Assembly: GCA_964035545.1 (NCBI GenBank)
Contig: OZ037767.1
Location: 20,972,628 to 21,036,627, forward strand
Direction: 5' to 3'
DNA: 64,000 bases
From: Bugula neritina
Taxonomy: Eukaryota; Animalia; Bryozoa
The notes beneath the pieces are model-generated. The model saw only the letters and a program-made list of their open reading frames with translations, ran no database searches and was not told where the DNA came from. Each line of letters begins with the position of its first letter. The stretch's first letter is position 1. A program made the position numbers and the translations under genes. Below are positions 47,712 through 64,000 of this stretch, piece by piece.

Positions 47712-48042
47712 TTTAGCTTATAGTGTGTTGTTCATGACCTTCTGCAGCCTCATCTTGGGTGAAACCTAATATAAAGTTAAAGCAAATCGATTTTGGCTGA
47801 AAGTAACTCAATCAAGATGTTAGCCAAATGAATTATTAATGTTTGACAAATATACTTGCTTTAAAAATTTGACATTCTTGCCAATACATGAAATGGTAAT
47901 CTAGTGAAAGCAAACATGTTATTTAATGAGTTATAAATATCATCCTTTGTTATTTTTGCCGCAAAGACTAATTCTTTCCTCAACACCTGAACATTCAACA
48001 CTAGTAGTTTATAAATAATAATAATACAGTTGCATGCCTAAG

Positions 48043-52955
<4,913 letters not shown>

Positions 52956-53030
52956 CGAGCTAGCAATTTGATTATAAATAAGTATACGAGAAACATTGTT
53001 GATTTATTACTTTATTAGGCAAAGTAATTA

Positions 53031-53070
53031 TACTGATATTTCGGGTACCACTGTACCCATCTTCAGAGTA
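53031..53070 (-). ncRNA. Minimal type I hammerhead ribozyme (Penelope-associated)
   Basis: Minus strand: TACT CTGAAGA T GGGTAC AGTG GTACCC GAAA TA TC AGTA; intact core, 6-bp stem II, TACT/AGTA stem I. Confidence 0.75.
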
Positions 53071-53570
53071 GCAATGAATGAAATTCAAAAATTATTACGT
53101 TACGTTAGACGTTATGCATGACACAAAGATTAGAGAGTGGCTGTTATTGTAAATTATTGAAACTTAGGGAGATAATCTTATTTTATATATTACGCAGGTC
53201 AAAAATTATACTGTTTTTTTGCATAAAAAATGAATTAGAGTTGACAAAAAAAAGAAGATATCCAAATATAAAAAAAGCAAGAATTAGTGAAACTATGTGA
53301 GAGTTGAGTAGTGTGGAGCTATTGATATCGTTTCAGGGGTATGGAGTAATTTTGTTTATTGAGTTGCGGTTTTATTTGTTTAATGTAGAGAGCTTCGGCT
53401 ATAACTTTTCGATGGTGGATTCCTTCAAATGAATGATTTAAAACTGTTACATTGTCTATTGATATGTTTCCATGATTAGTGGTGGAGATGTGTTGATAAA
53501 TTTTGGAATTGATGTCATGGCAGTGTTCATGTATCCTGTGTGATAGGCAACGTCCGGTTTCGCCTATACA
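53031..53570 (-). mobile_element. 5'-truncated Penelope-like retroelement (GIY-YIG endonuclease C-terminus + 3' region)
   Basis: [15 protein letters not shown]...SKIYQH...RKVIAEALYIKQIKPQLNKQ (53319-53570), typical of PLE GIY-YIG ends; bounded by (TA)n tracts. Confidence 0.88.
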
Positions 53571-53573
53571 TAT

Positions 53574-53699
<126 letters not shown>

Positions 53700-53700
53700 A

Positions 53701-53747
53701 TCTGTGTACAACAGCTGTTTTGGGATTTATCCCCTCATCAGCACAGA
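53701..53747 (-). ncRNA. Second type I hammerhead motif, probably inactivated (GAAA to AAAA)
   Basis: Minus strand: TCTGTG CTGATGA G GGGAT AA ATCCC AAAA CAGCTGTT GTA CACAGA; 6-bp stem I, 5-bp stem II, palindromic AACAGCTGTT. Confidence 0.65.
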
Positions 53748-54902
53748 ACAGAGTACCTCTTATGCAGTGTAGCTACTTCCCAATCGCCTCGGCTCATGGT
53801 GTAATATGATTAGAACACTGGCTTGCAAGTTGAAGGGCTGTGGTTTGATTTATGATAGGAGCAGAAATATTAAACCATTATGGTAAAAATTGGAAAATTT
53901 AATAATGATATATTTTTTAAAACTGACAGTTTTTCACAATAAATAGAAACCACTAAGTTTAGTGCACATGCACATGTTGTAGTCTCCAGATCTGGCAATA
54001 AATATATATATGCGTTGAGTATAGAATAAATGCAAGCATAAATTATCATATGTCAGTGGGGCCCACTGCTTAGCAAATCAGCTTTATACACACTGTCTGG
54101 TTGCAGTGTCTATCAATGAAAAGTAGTTGCAGTGGTGGAGAAATTGAGAAAAGTCTGTGCTCTAAATTAGAAATGTAGCAGAAAAAATATGTTCTCATGA
54201 GAATTTTAACTGACGCCACCAACCCAACAAAAATATTAAAAATATGAGCTATTAAATTTTTTACTACTGCACCTAAAAAGTCAATTTGAGCAAATCTGAG
54301 AAATTGCTTCTTAGAGTAGGGATTATTGGAGTTGCTCACCAACACAGGGTTGCCATAGTTACAACCCAGTTTACACAGTAGTACAATAAAATGGTCAGGG
54401 CCAGTTCTTATTCCACTACTGGTGAACACTTAAAACCATATTGTTATCTGTGGCGTGGTTACCATTTTCATCTGGGAGGTTTGGCAGGTAAGTGTGCTTT
54501 TGGCGTGCAACCTAAGATTTCATAAGTATATCAGACAATAACATGCAAGACGTAGGCGTAAAGGAGGTCATAACTCAGGCAACAAAAACTAAAAGTAAAA
54601 TATCTAATTTGTTCAAAACTCTATTGTATTGTATTTGGAAAAGTTGGTTTTTACTAGGTATCTTCTTTTTGCATATCTGCCCCCCCCCCCCAGTATTTCA
54701 TCATGTCTATCACATATAATGCAGCTGCAAATATTGTGTCATGTCTCTTAGATATCATACACTTATCTATATAATGGACGGCTTGATAACAGCTACTGGA
54801 GAGTTATTTACACAGTCAAGCGTACAAAGTATAATATTACTACCTGCAGCCTACAGTATGCTCACTCAGCTGTGACTGGATATTATTTGCAGCGATTTCA
54901 AG

Positions 54903-57900
54903 ATGGCCTTCTTGGGACTAGAATTGTACTCCTGGATTTTACTTTTCGTGCTGCTAGCCCTTCTCTATTGGTAAGTCAGCTTCATGTGTTTACTCTCAAA
55001 GCAGATGGCTCTCAACTTAACATTAAATATGCCGTAATAATCTTATGTTCAGCAAATTATATCAATCACTTTAACAGCAACAGCTTGTATTATGTATAAT
55101 CCCGAACTAATGAGAATTGAATCGTTCTGCTTTCAAGTGTAGTGAATTTTTCAATTCACTATATTATGTGGGTCGACTTATACAAAGCTACTGCACCAGG
55201 TTAATCACGTTATAACAAGTTTATTATTTACAAAGATACAAGAATTGAATTACTACTAAATGAATTATACGATTACATAATACTGAGCACTTTGTACACA
55301 ACTACTCTAAGCCAAGTCCCAAGCTGCTCTGCCCGGCTAGCTGCTTAGCGTGCTTCCACTACGCGTAGCTAGCTCCACCTGATATCAATTAACAGTCCTT
55401 CCTGATTGGCTAGTATTAGTGGTGCCACTGTCGACCATAAGACGCACGGTCGGCTGGGAGTCGATGTAGTCGACCTCCACAATAAGATAACGTAGAGTCG
55501 ACCCTTTCGATATATAAACTAAATTACTAATTGCACTACTAAAATCCATTACACTCGCCACACCTATCGAAAGGTACACTCTATGATTAATTTGGGCATA
55601 GAAGAATAAAAAAACCAGAAAGATTGAAAAAGTAAACAAGAATAAAAGAACACAAAATAACACCAGAATAACATAATCAAAGTGATTCACATAAACATTA
55701 ACAAGACGAGCGATTAATGGCTCGCCGACAGAGTTGACGTGTCTCACCAGATCACGTAAGGGAGCACGAGTATAGGAAGGGAAGGGGGGATAGGGACACG
55801 CTCACCTAGTCCGAGCCAAGCAGTTGGTGATGTCGAGAAACCACCAAAAGAATCTAGCGTGGCAAAAGAACTTCCCCAAAGGGGGGGGAGGGGGGTCGAC
55901 TTGTCTCCTTCTTATAAGATAGTGTCGAGCACCAACAGTCCACACTGATAACCGGTCGAACTCCCGAAGGGGGAATATAAAATTCCCTCAACTACACTTC
56001 TGTCTTTTACTTATTATTTTTCATGCAGGATTACTTCTTTTCTTTAATATTACCTTCATTACTTTATTTTACGATTTGCTCCCTTCTTTCAGCATCATTA
56101 TGTTGTCGCTACGGCGAAAAGAGAGAAGAACTCCTCTGTCTGATTGCATCCACTGTACCACACGGGTTGTAGGGCACCATCCGCCACGACAGTCACCAGA
56201 TCTGCTGCTATGGTGCTGCAAGAGTCCAGTTAAGCAGTCATAATCGAAGTCAGCAAACGTGCAATAAGAATGATGGGTGACTGCGTGACGGTGGTGCCGG
56301 GAGAAAGAATATGCTCCGCCATTAAAGTCTCACCTGCAACAGAATGCCAGAAACTGTTGAAGGGGTTTTCCTCTGGTCAGTACGACACCTCGACTGAGTC
56401 TCGCAACCTATTAACCACTGATTCTTATTAAATCACGCGGCCGACTGCCTCACTCAAAGTCGTCAGTGAAATCACTTGACTTAGAAAACTAGCCTTATCG
56501 TTATGATAAAGTGAGACTGATTTAAAGCTACCAGCTTGAATTCCATTTAACTAATAGAATTATACTAGTAGACTTACCATAAGACAGCCACGGCGTTAGT
56601 CTGCTGCCCACTTAGGCCTCGTAGTACGCCAGCTTGCCGGGTACGTGCGCGCACGTTGGCAGTTGAAATAGAAAAGAACGCTCTTCGCAGTGAAAGTGAT
56701 TACATCATACCCCTTTCACTAGCGAGCTGGCTTCGCTCTTTTCTATACCCCGGTGGTGTTATTATGATATATATTTACACCACTGGGTAGGCAACTCAAA
56801 GTTGTGTCTCCTTGTATTTAGGAAACGCAACTCTCAAATGCTCATCTCCCCAGATTTCTTTTATGATAGCTGATGGATGTTTTTCCACTGCATCACACAA
56901 GAAATCTTTTAAATAAGATGGAGGCGCCCTAGTGCGTTGCCTACGCTCCAACTGCACTGGGGAATTTGCTACTACTGGTGACTCTTCCACCACGGGTGGT
57001 GTCGCCAGTACGGGGGGGGGGTCCACCAGTACGGGTGGTCCCCTCCCAGCTGCCTCTTCCTCATGAATTTGAGGAAATGCCATCTCATTTGGGGCGATAG
57101 GCCTGTCGGCCGGCTCCACTGGTGGTGGGGCCGGCTCCGACTGGTCTTCCGGTGTGTCGGCCTCCTCCTCCTGGGGTGGAGGTGGCCGGAGCGAGTTAGG
57201 CGGCGCGCCGGTCGCCCCTTCCTGATCTTGCAGTATCTCCTCTATCTCCCTATACGCCATGCCTCGCCCCCTCATAGGAGGGCGTCTAGCGGGCTCTAAA
57301 AGAGGAGGTGCTTGACCTGCTGCACCAAGACTCGCCCAGTAAGATTTCAGCCGTGCTTCGTTCTGGACCGACACTTGTCCAGACCGTTCCACTTTATAGG
57401 TGTGATTAGGCATCACCTCAATCACGCAATAGGGACCCACGAACTTCGGCTGCAACTTAGCCGCCTGTCCGCGCCGCCGGCGATGACTGGTCATCCAGAC
57501 CCAGTCTCCCACCTTATACAAGGGGGGGGGGGAGGTCATCAGAGTCACCACTCCTGACCTGCCATTGCTGCTCACGTAGCACTTCGTAAGCCGTCCCCAT
57601 GCGTTTTACGAGCTCATCCACGTAGTCGTGGACGTTGCTCTCAGGAGCCGGAACATGATAAGTTACGTGCTCAGGAACCCTGGTTTCTCTCTCCAGCATG
57701 AGAAAATTAGGGGTCTCCAGTGTACTGGAGTGAGGGGTACTACGATAAGCTCGCATGATTTGCGGCAGCACCAAGTCCCACTCTTCCTGGCTCCTACCGA
57801 TAAGCAGGCTTCTCAGTGAGTCCCCTAGCATTCGGTTGTTCCGCTCCACAACCCCGTTCCCTTGCGGGTGATACGGGGTCGTCCGACTCTGGTTTACCCT

Positions 57901-60900
57901 CCACATTTTACAGAGATCGCTCCTGAGTTGCGACTGAAACTGGGCGCCTTGATCAGAGTGTGTTTGCTTCGGCAAGCCGAAATAGCAAAATACCTGCTGG
58001 TCCAAGGCTCTGGCCACCGAGGGGGCCGACGCATCTGGAATAGCCAGTGCATCAGCCCACCGCGTGAAATGGTCAGTTAATACCAGTATCCAGTTATTAC
58101 CTCACACTGTTGTGGGCATGGGGCCTACCAGATCTACAGCAACTACCTGCCACGGACGACCGGCATGGAGGCGACGCCTCCCTGCGGTCTCAGTGGGGCG
58201 GCCATGCTTACTAGCTTGGCATACCTCGCACTTACGCACCCGGAGTCGGACATCCCGGGTCATACCGTGCCAAAACCACTGGAGTTGAAGACACCTAGTC
58301 ACCCTACTAGCTCCTGCATGAGCTTGCTTATGGGTGTCCCAGATCAACTCCCGCCTCAGAGCGGACGGACAGACTACCCTCTCTCGTTCACTGCGACTGG
58401 TGCCGGCTGCCAACGTTATCGTTAGCAGCCCATCACCGTTAAACCGGAGGGAGTCCCAGCGGTGGCAGAAGTATTTAAACTCTGCACTCTTCACCCGCTG
58501 TTCGGCCTCACTCGGCCGCTGTCCCTCCTTCTTGGCTTGGACTAGGTCAGCTACCACCCCTGGTAGCGTAGCTTGGAGTTGACACAGCTCCCCTGACGTT
58601 CCTGAGCAGTGTGGGGTTTGCGTGAAGGTTGTTAACAGCTTCATTAGGGGATTCGGACCGAAGTTGTCCTTCCTCCCAGCTGTATACACCCGCTTTCCCC
58701 AACTGTTCTTCAACGTCCGAGCCAGGGGGTCCACCATTCCTGCGCTCGATATTCTGGCATTGCTTACACCCATCTGCCTGGCGGCGGCGGCTGAGTCCGT
58801 CGGCATTACCGTGTTTCTTACCGGGTCGATGTTCGATCCGATAAGAAAACTCTGCCAGGATTTCCAGCCAGCGCGCTACTTGGCTTGATGTTTCAGCCCG
58901 TCGACACAGCCATATCAAAGACGCATGGTCCGTCCGCAGCCGGAACGTACGCCCATATAAATATGGTCTAAAGTGTTTGACCGCCTTGACTACTGCCAGG
59001 AGCTTCCTCCTGGTTGTACAGTAGTTCTTCTCAGGCGCCGACAGGGCTTTACTATAGTAAGCCACCACCACCTCGCGACCAACTTGGACTTGCGACAGCA
59101 CAGCCCCCACATTATGGTTACTGGCATCAGTATCCAAAATGTACTCCTTCGCAGGGTCAGGATACGCCAAGATGGGTGCTTCCACCAGGCGATCTTTCAG
59201 GTGGTCAAATGCCTTCTGCTCGGCCTGTGTCCACTGCCATCGCACCCCTTTTGCTGTCAGCCGATTCAACGGCTGTGCAATTCCGGCGAAGTCTGTTATA
59301 AACGCGGCCTTGTCCTGTGCTTCAGGACTCAGGGGCATCTGCCAATACCCGCTTAACGAGTCCAACGTGCTGAAGAACTTGCTACCAGCTAAGGCATCGA
59401 GCGACTCATTGATCCTTGGAAGAGGGTAAGCGTCCTGGATGGTCACGCTGTTCAGCCTGCGATAATCAACGCAAAACCTCCAGCTCCCATCCTTTTTCCG
59501 AACCAGGACAACTGGAGAACTCCAGGCCCCATGGCCTGGCTCAATCAGGTCCCGGTTCAGAAGGTCTTGCACCTGCCGGCTCACTTCTCTCTCCTTCTCA
59601 GGACCTAATCGGCGGGTCGGCTGCCGGATGGGCGCCGTCCCCGCCGCCAGAGGCATCTCATGACAGACAGCCTTAGTCAGACCCATGTCATGGTCGCCGC
59701 AACTAAACACGTCCTTGTACTCAGAGAGTAGCCGCGCCATCACCAGGCATTCCCGCTTGCTCTCACAGCCGTCACAGGCATCCTCGTACAACTCCGCTAT
59801 GTGTTCAGGCACCCGCCCCCTGCCGTCTCTAGTGGGTATCCCACGGGCTTCGTCCGCTGTCTCCAGCGTGAGCCCAATATCCTCCTCCTGTACGGAGTGG
59901 AACTTCACCACTAGGGACCCAGCCGGCAATTCTACCGGCTCCGTGAAAGGATTCACGCACTGGACCAGGGACTCCCCCCGCTCATCCAGTCTATTCAGAC
60001 TGTTAGCGAGCTGGACGCCCCCCAGTGCACCTTCCACCACTCCTAGCTCGGAGATTTTCCTACAGTTCACTCTGCAGCGAACTGTAGCACGGGAGCGCCC
60101 AGGTACAGTACAGCGCTGTACCACCTGCACTCCCCCCACCAAGGGTCGGCCAAATCGGTTGACACAGGCCAGCTCACGTCCGGCCATCACCACCGCCAAT
60201 TTGTTAAAGTCGATGTAGCACCTGTGTCGCTTCAGAAATGGCATGCCCAAGATGGCGTCCTCCTTAAGTTGACTGACGATGAAGGTCTCGCTGATCGTCT
60301 GATCACAGACTCTACCAGTCAACTGGATTACCCCATAGAAAGGAATACACGACCCGTCCGCCAACGTGCCGTGCTCCCCTTCATATGGTTCTAGGCTAGC
60401 CGTGTCCCTAGCACTGAGAGTGTCGAATAGACGCCGGCTCAGTAGGTTTGTGGTACACCCAGTATCCAACAGGAATGTGACAGCTTTTCCGGCAAGCTTG
60501 CCGGGGAAGAAATAGCTGCTTCCATATGGCTGAGCGCTCACTGAGCGGTTCGTCTCTTGAGGCGACACCTCATGTGCATGGAGTTTGGGATGCACCTGTG
60601 CCTTTCGGTTGCGAGGGGGTCGTCGACGTCGCTTGGGCAAGCAGGTTACATCTCGGTCTTGCTCACACACGGGCGGCCGAGTGAATTCTCGGACTGGTGC
60701 TTGTGTGGGCAACCGAGGGAAATCCCTGTTTCGCTCCCACTCGTCGTACACTCCCTGATCAGGCAAACCTTCAAAGCGGTTTTTGAGTGCCCAAGCCGGA
60801 GGTTTTGGCGGGCCTTGCGGCCTACTAACTCTCCTTGGGACTTGCCACCCTGGCGAAGGCGGCCTCCTCACCCGGTGGGGTTTAGGCCTTGGCCTCTGCC

Positions 60901-63883
60901 TTGGAGGGTTAAACTGGGGCCCACGGTTGGCGGAAGTTACCGTGGGCCGTTGCCGTTTAACTGCCTCCCTCTACCATGGGGGCAACTTCGCATGAAGTGC
61001 CCACCACAGCCCCAGCATACGGGGCGCCGCCTGTCGTCGACAGCTGTCGACGACCCTCTGGGTCGCTCGGCTGTCGACTGCTGGCGTAGTTGCCTGATCT
61101 CGGCTAACAGCTCTCAAACCAAGCTTGTGGTCAAGCTAGTCGGCTCGTCGGCTGCTGCCGTGGCGACATGTACAGCTGTCTTCGCCGGCGACGTCGACAC
61201 GTCGTCGTCTGCTCCTACCTGCTGTATTGTCGTACCAGGCCGGCACGCACTGTCGGCTTGGAAATAGGCATTTCCAAGCGTTAGAGCGCTTTCCATGGTC
61301 TCAACCTCGGCCACCAGCAGATCCTGTTTCAACCCGAGGTTGTTAATAGACTGGAGGAATGCATCCAGTGCTAAGCTCTGTCGACTATCAGCAGGCAAGT
61401 CGCTATAGGCGACTTGTGCCAGTCGTTCGACTACGGTCGCATGCTTTGCAGGTTAGTCTTAGGATTTCTCCTAAGTCCCTGGAGTTGCACGCGAGCATCT
61501 CGAGCGGTTAATCTAAACCGAGCTCTCAATGCCTCAAATATGTCACCGACATTCTGGCTTATTCCATAGGGTTTAGCCGGCCCTGTCAGACATAACCGTA
61601 GCTGGATCAGAGTAACCCTATTTGGCCATCTGCAGATGGCCGCCACATCACTAAACTCAGTGATGAACTGCTCCACATCTTCTTCTCCTGAGAAGATGGG
61701 AGCCTGCAAGTGGTACCTGTCCATAGGCAGCGCTGGGCCGCCTATGTGATCCTCCTCTATTGCTACCGGTCCCTGTCCGGGCGCGTCGTCCTCGTCGGCC
61801 ATCTTCTTTCTACTCCCTGGCTAGGAGCATTTGTATTAAGTGGAATCCCACCGCTGCCACCACTGTAGTGAATTTCTCAATTCACTATATTATGTGGGTC
61901 GACTTATACAAAGCTACTGCACCAGGTTGATCACGTTATAACAAGTTTATTATTTACAAAGATACAAGAATTGAATTACTACTAAATGAATTATACGATT
62001 ACATAATACTGAGCACTTTGTACACAACTACTCTAAGCCAAGTCCCAAGCTGCTCTGCCCGGCTAGCTGCTTAGCGTGCTTCCACTACGCGTAGCTAGCT
62101 CCACCTGATATCAATTAACAGTCCTTCCTGATTGGCTAGTATTAGTGGTGCCACTGTCGGGGAGTTGATGTAGTCGACCTCCACAATAAGATAACGTAGA
62201 GTCGACCCTTTCGATATATAAACTAAATTACTAATTGCACTACTAAAACCCATTACAATATTATGTGTAAGCATAGAACATCAGAAAGGATTCAAATACT
62301 CCTCATTGCAGTTTGCTAAATGCTTATAAATAACTGTGCATTAAATTTGATCATTTTCTACTATTTTCAGTCAAATAATATGATTGTAGCGGTGATTATA
62401 TTTATTCTTTTTTTATTCAGGAATGGCACAAAAACTTACAACACATTTCAAAAACTGGGAATTCCATACATGAAGCCTAAGCTACCATACCTAGGTCATG
62501 TGATGAATATTCTATTCAAGGTGGGTCTGTTTGTTTCAACAGCACTCAATTACATGGTTTCTAGCTGCATGTTGAGGCTTATGAAATCTAGAAATCATTC
62601 AATTGCAACATAATTGTTCACTTTAGCAGTGAAGTGACAGTTTTAAGCCACTTCTAAATTTTCAACATGTTAAGAGTTAAATTCACTTTGGTAACAAAAT
62701 GAATTATTATATTACTATCTTTTATAGAATTCTACCATTTTATGTGTTTAAAGTACTGTAGTGCAAAAGTTTTCCTAATTGGCACATCTACAATATAAGC
62801 TTTGAACTGATGATATATTATTTTGATAGATTTTCATATATCAAAATATATAATATGATTATATTAGATACAGTATTATATTTATAATAATATTATATAC
62901 GATAGTGTTGGCTGGTTCTACAATTATCAAATGCCTATTTTATGTGATAATAATATCATTTCACTTTTGTTGCAAGAATATTTCAAAATTATTTCGTTGA
63001 ACAAGCTTACCATGTGTACTTATGAATATATATTATGCCATCTCCAACTTCCTTTTGTTTTACAGTCAATCATAGAAGAGGATATGATGAGGCGTGCCGA
63101 GTTTCCTGGTAAAATATACGGGTAAATGTTGTTTACAGAAACATTAGTGTTTGCGATTGAGAATAAAATAAAGCTTTAGAATTTGCTGATCCCCTTCAAA
63201 ATGCAGAAACTTTCGATGCATACCAATTTCTTGAACTCAAACCTTGTTACAGCTCAAACAAGTTTCAGCATTGTCAGTCAAATCAATTCACAGCAAAACC
63301 GTTTTGTTGATTGACAGGTTTCCTTAGAAAACTACAACTATACATAATAATTATAAATATATCATTTTATTTATTAATTTTTAATTGATTTTTGATTTAT
63401 TACTCTAATTTTATTGCCACTAGTTTAATTGGCATCATATTTTCATATGTTTTATGCAAAAATATTTGATTTAATAGCTTTATTTAGATTTGTGGTTTAT
63501 ATGTTGAAGCAATAAAATTCAATATTAAAATAATTAAAGTAAATATACAAACATAATCAATGCTGTTTGCATATCATTGTAAGAGAACTATAGAAAATTT
63601 TGAAAACATAACCTGTTGAAACTAGTGGTAAGTTATTGTATATTTTATAATTGACTTGGTTTTCAGCCAGTTCAGGGGCCGACAACCCCAGCTGTGTGTA
63701 GCTGATGTCGAAGTATTAAAGGAAATCACTATTAAGCAGTTGCAGAACTTTAGAAATCACGAGTCACTGTTGGAAGGAGAAGACAATATTCACACGAGAC
63801 ATGTTGGGGCCGTTATGGATGAGCATTGGAAGCACGTTCGTTCTATTCTCACGCCAACCTTCACGTCGGGCAAACTCAAACTG
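54903..63883 (+). CDS. Cytochrome P450, clan 3 (CYP3A/CYP5-like), 5' part; continues beyond window
   Basis: Exons 54903-54970 (MAFLGLELYSWILLFVLLALLYW anchor), 62421-62520 (NGTKTYNTFQKLGIPYMKPKLPYLG), 63066-63121, 63667-63883 (GRQPQLCVADVEVLKEITIKQ..F.N...WKHVRSILTPTFTSGKLK, WxxxR helix C); phases compatible. Confidence 0.9.
55138..62257 (-). mobile_element. Decayed Ty3/gypsy LTR retrotransposon in CYP intron 1, antisense to the gene
   Basis: TG..CA LTRs 55138-55553 (416 bp) and 61864-62257 (394 bp, 22-bp indel plus a few substitutions); PBS TGGTGGCAGCGGTGGGATTC (tRNA-Leu) at 61843-61862; purine-rich AGGTGTGGCGAG before the 3' LTR. Confidence 0.96.
56796..61802 (-). pseudogene. gag/pol of gypsy element 2, frameshifted, RT core deleted
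   Basis: Gag fragments (61802-61114), LLDTGC protease, RT start WRFCVDYRRLN fused directly to DFAGIAQPL (YxDD region absent), RNase H DTDAS, integrase HSDQG..GVVER and a GPY/F motif, spread over several frames. Confidence 0.9.
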
Positions 63884-64000
63884 GTAGGGTAATCAATAGA
63901 ACTGCAAGGATAATATATTATTTGTATGATTACCTTAAATATTCCTTGTAATTTTTCAATTTACAAGTATGATTTTGCCCCAAAAAATGCATTTTTTTAA

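Noticed and set aside
61843-61862. tRNA-like sequences (also 52631-52648 and 53790-53850)
   Set aside because: Primer-binding sites or a SINE-like head; no full cloverleaf, so no tRNA gene is called.

Overview
AT-rich, intron-rich invertebrate animal genomic DNA; the exact taxon cannot be determined from the window. Five host genes were reconstructed by hand from splice signals. (1) A Myb/SANT-like gene (minus strand, runs off the left edge). (2) Head-to-head with it, a ~35-kb anoctamin/TMEM16 gene (+, 3190-38433) with two alternative first coding exons, three in-frame microexons, a GC-AG intron and 2-3 mutually exclusive exons for the TM5-TM6 extracellular loop; these exons are accompanied by an apparent Dscam-like docking-site/selector pairing system. 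(3) An intronless Additional-sex-combs (ASXL) gene (-). (4) A secreted PAN/apple + fibrinogen-domain gene (-). (5) The 5' part of a clan-3 cytochrome P450 (+). Mobile DNA: a hAT/Charlie element (8-bp TSD) containing a nested THAP/P-element derivative flanked by a 137-bp duplication; a 32-bp P-type excision footprint that duplicated an ANO splice donor; two MITEs; a young Ty3/gypsy LTR element inside a (TA)n tract; a Penelope GIY-YIG fragment and two hammerhead ribozyme motifs; and a second, decayed gypsy element without TSD in CYP intron 1. Many micro- and minisatellites explain most low-complexity ORFs in the supplied track. All gene models are manual predictions without transcript evidence.
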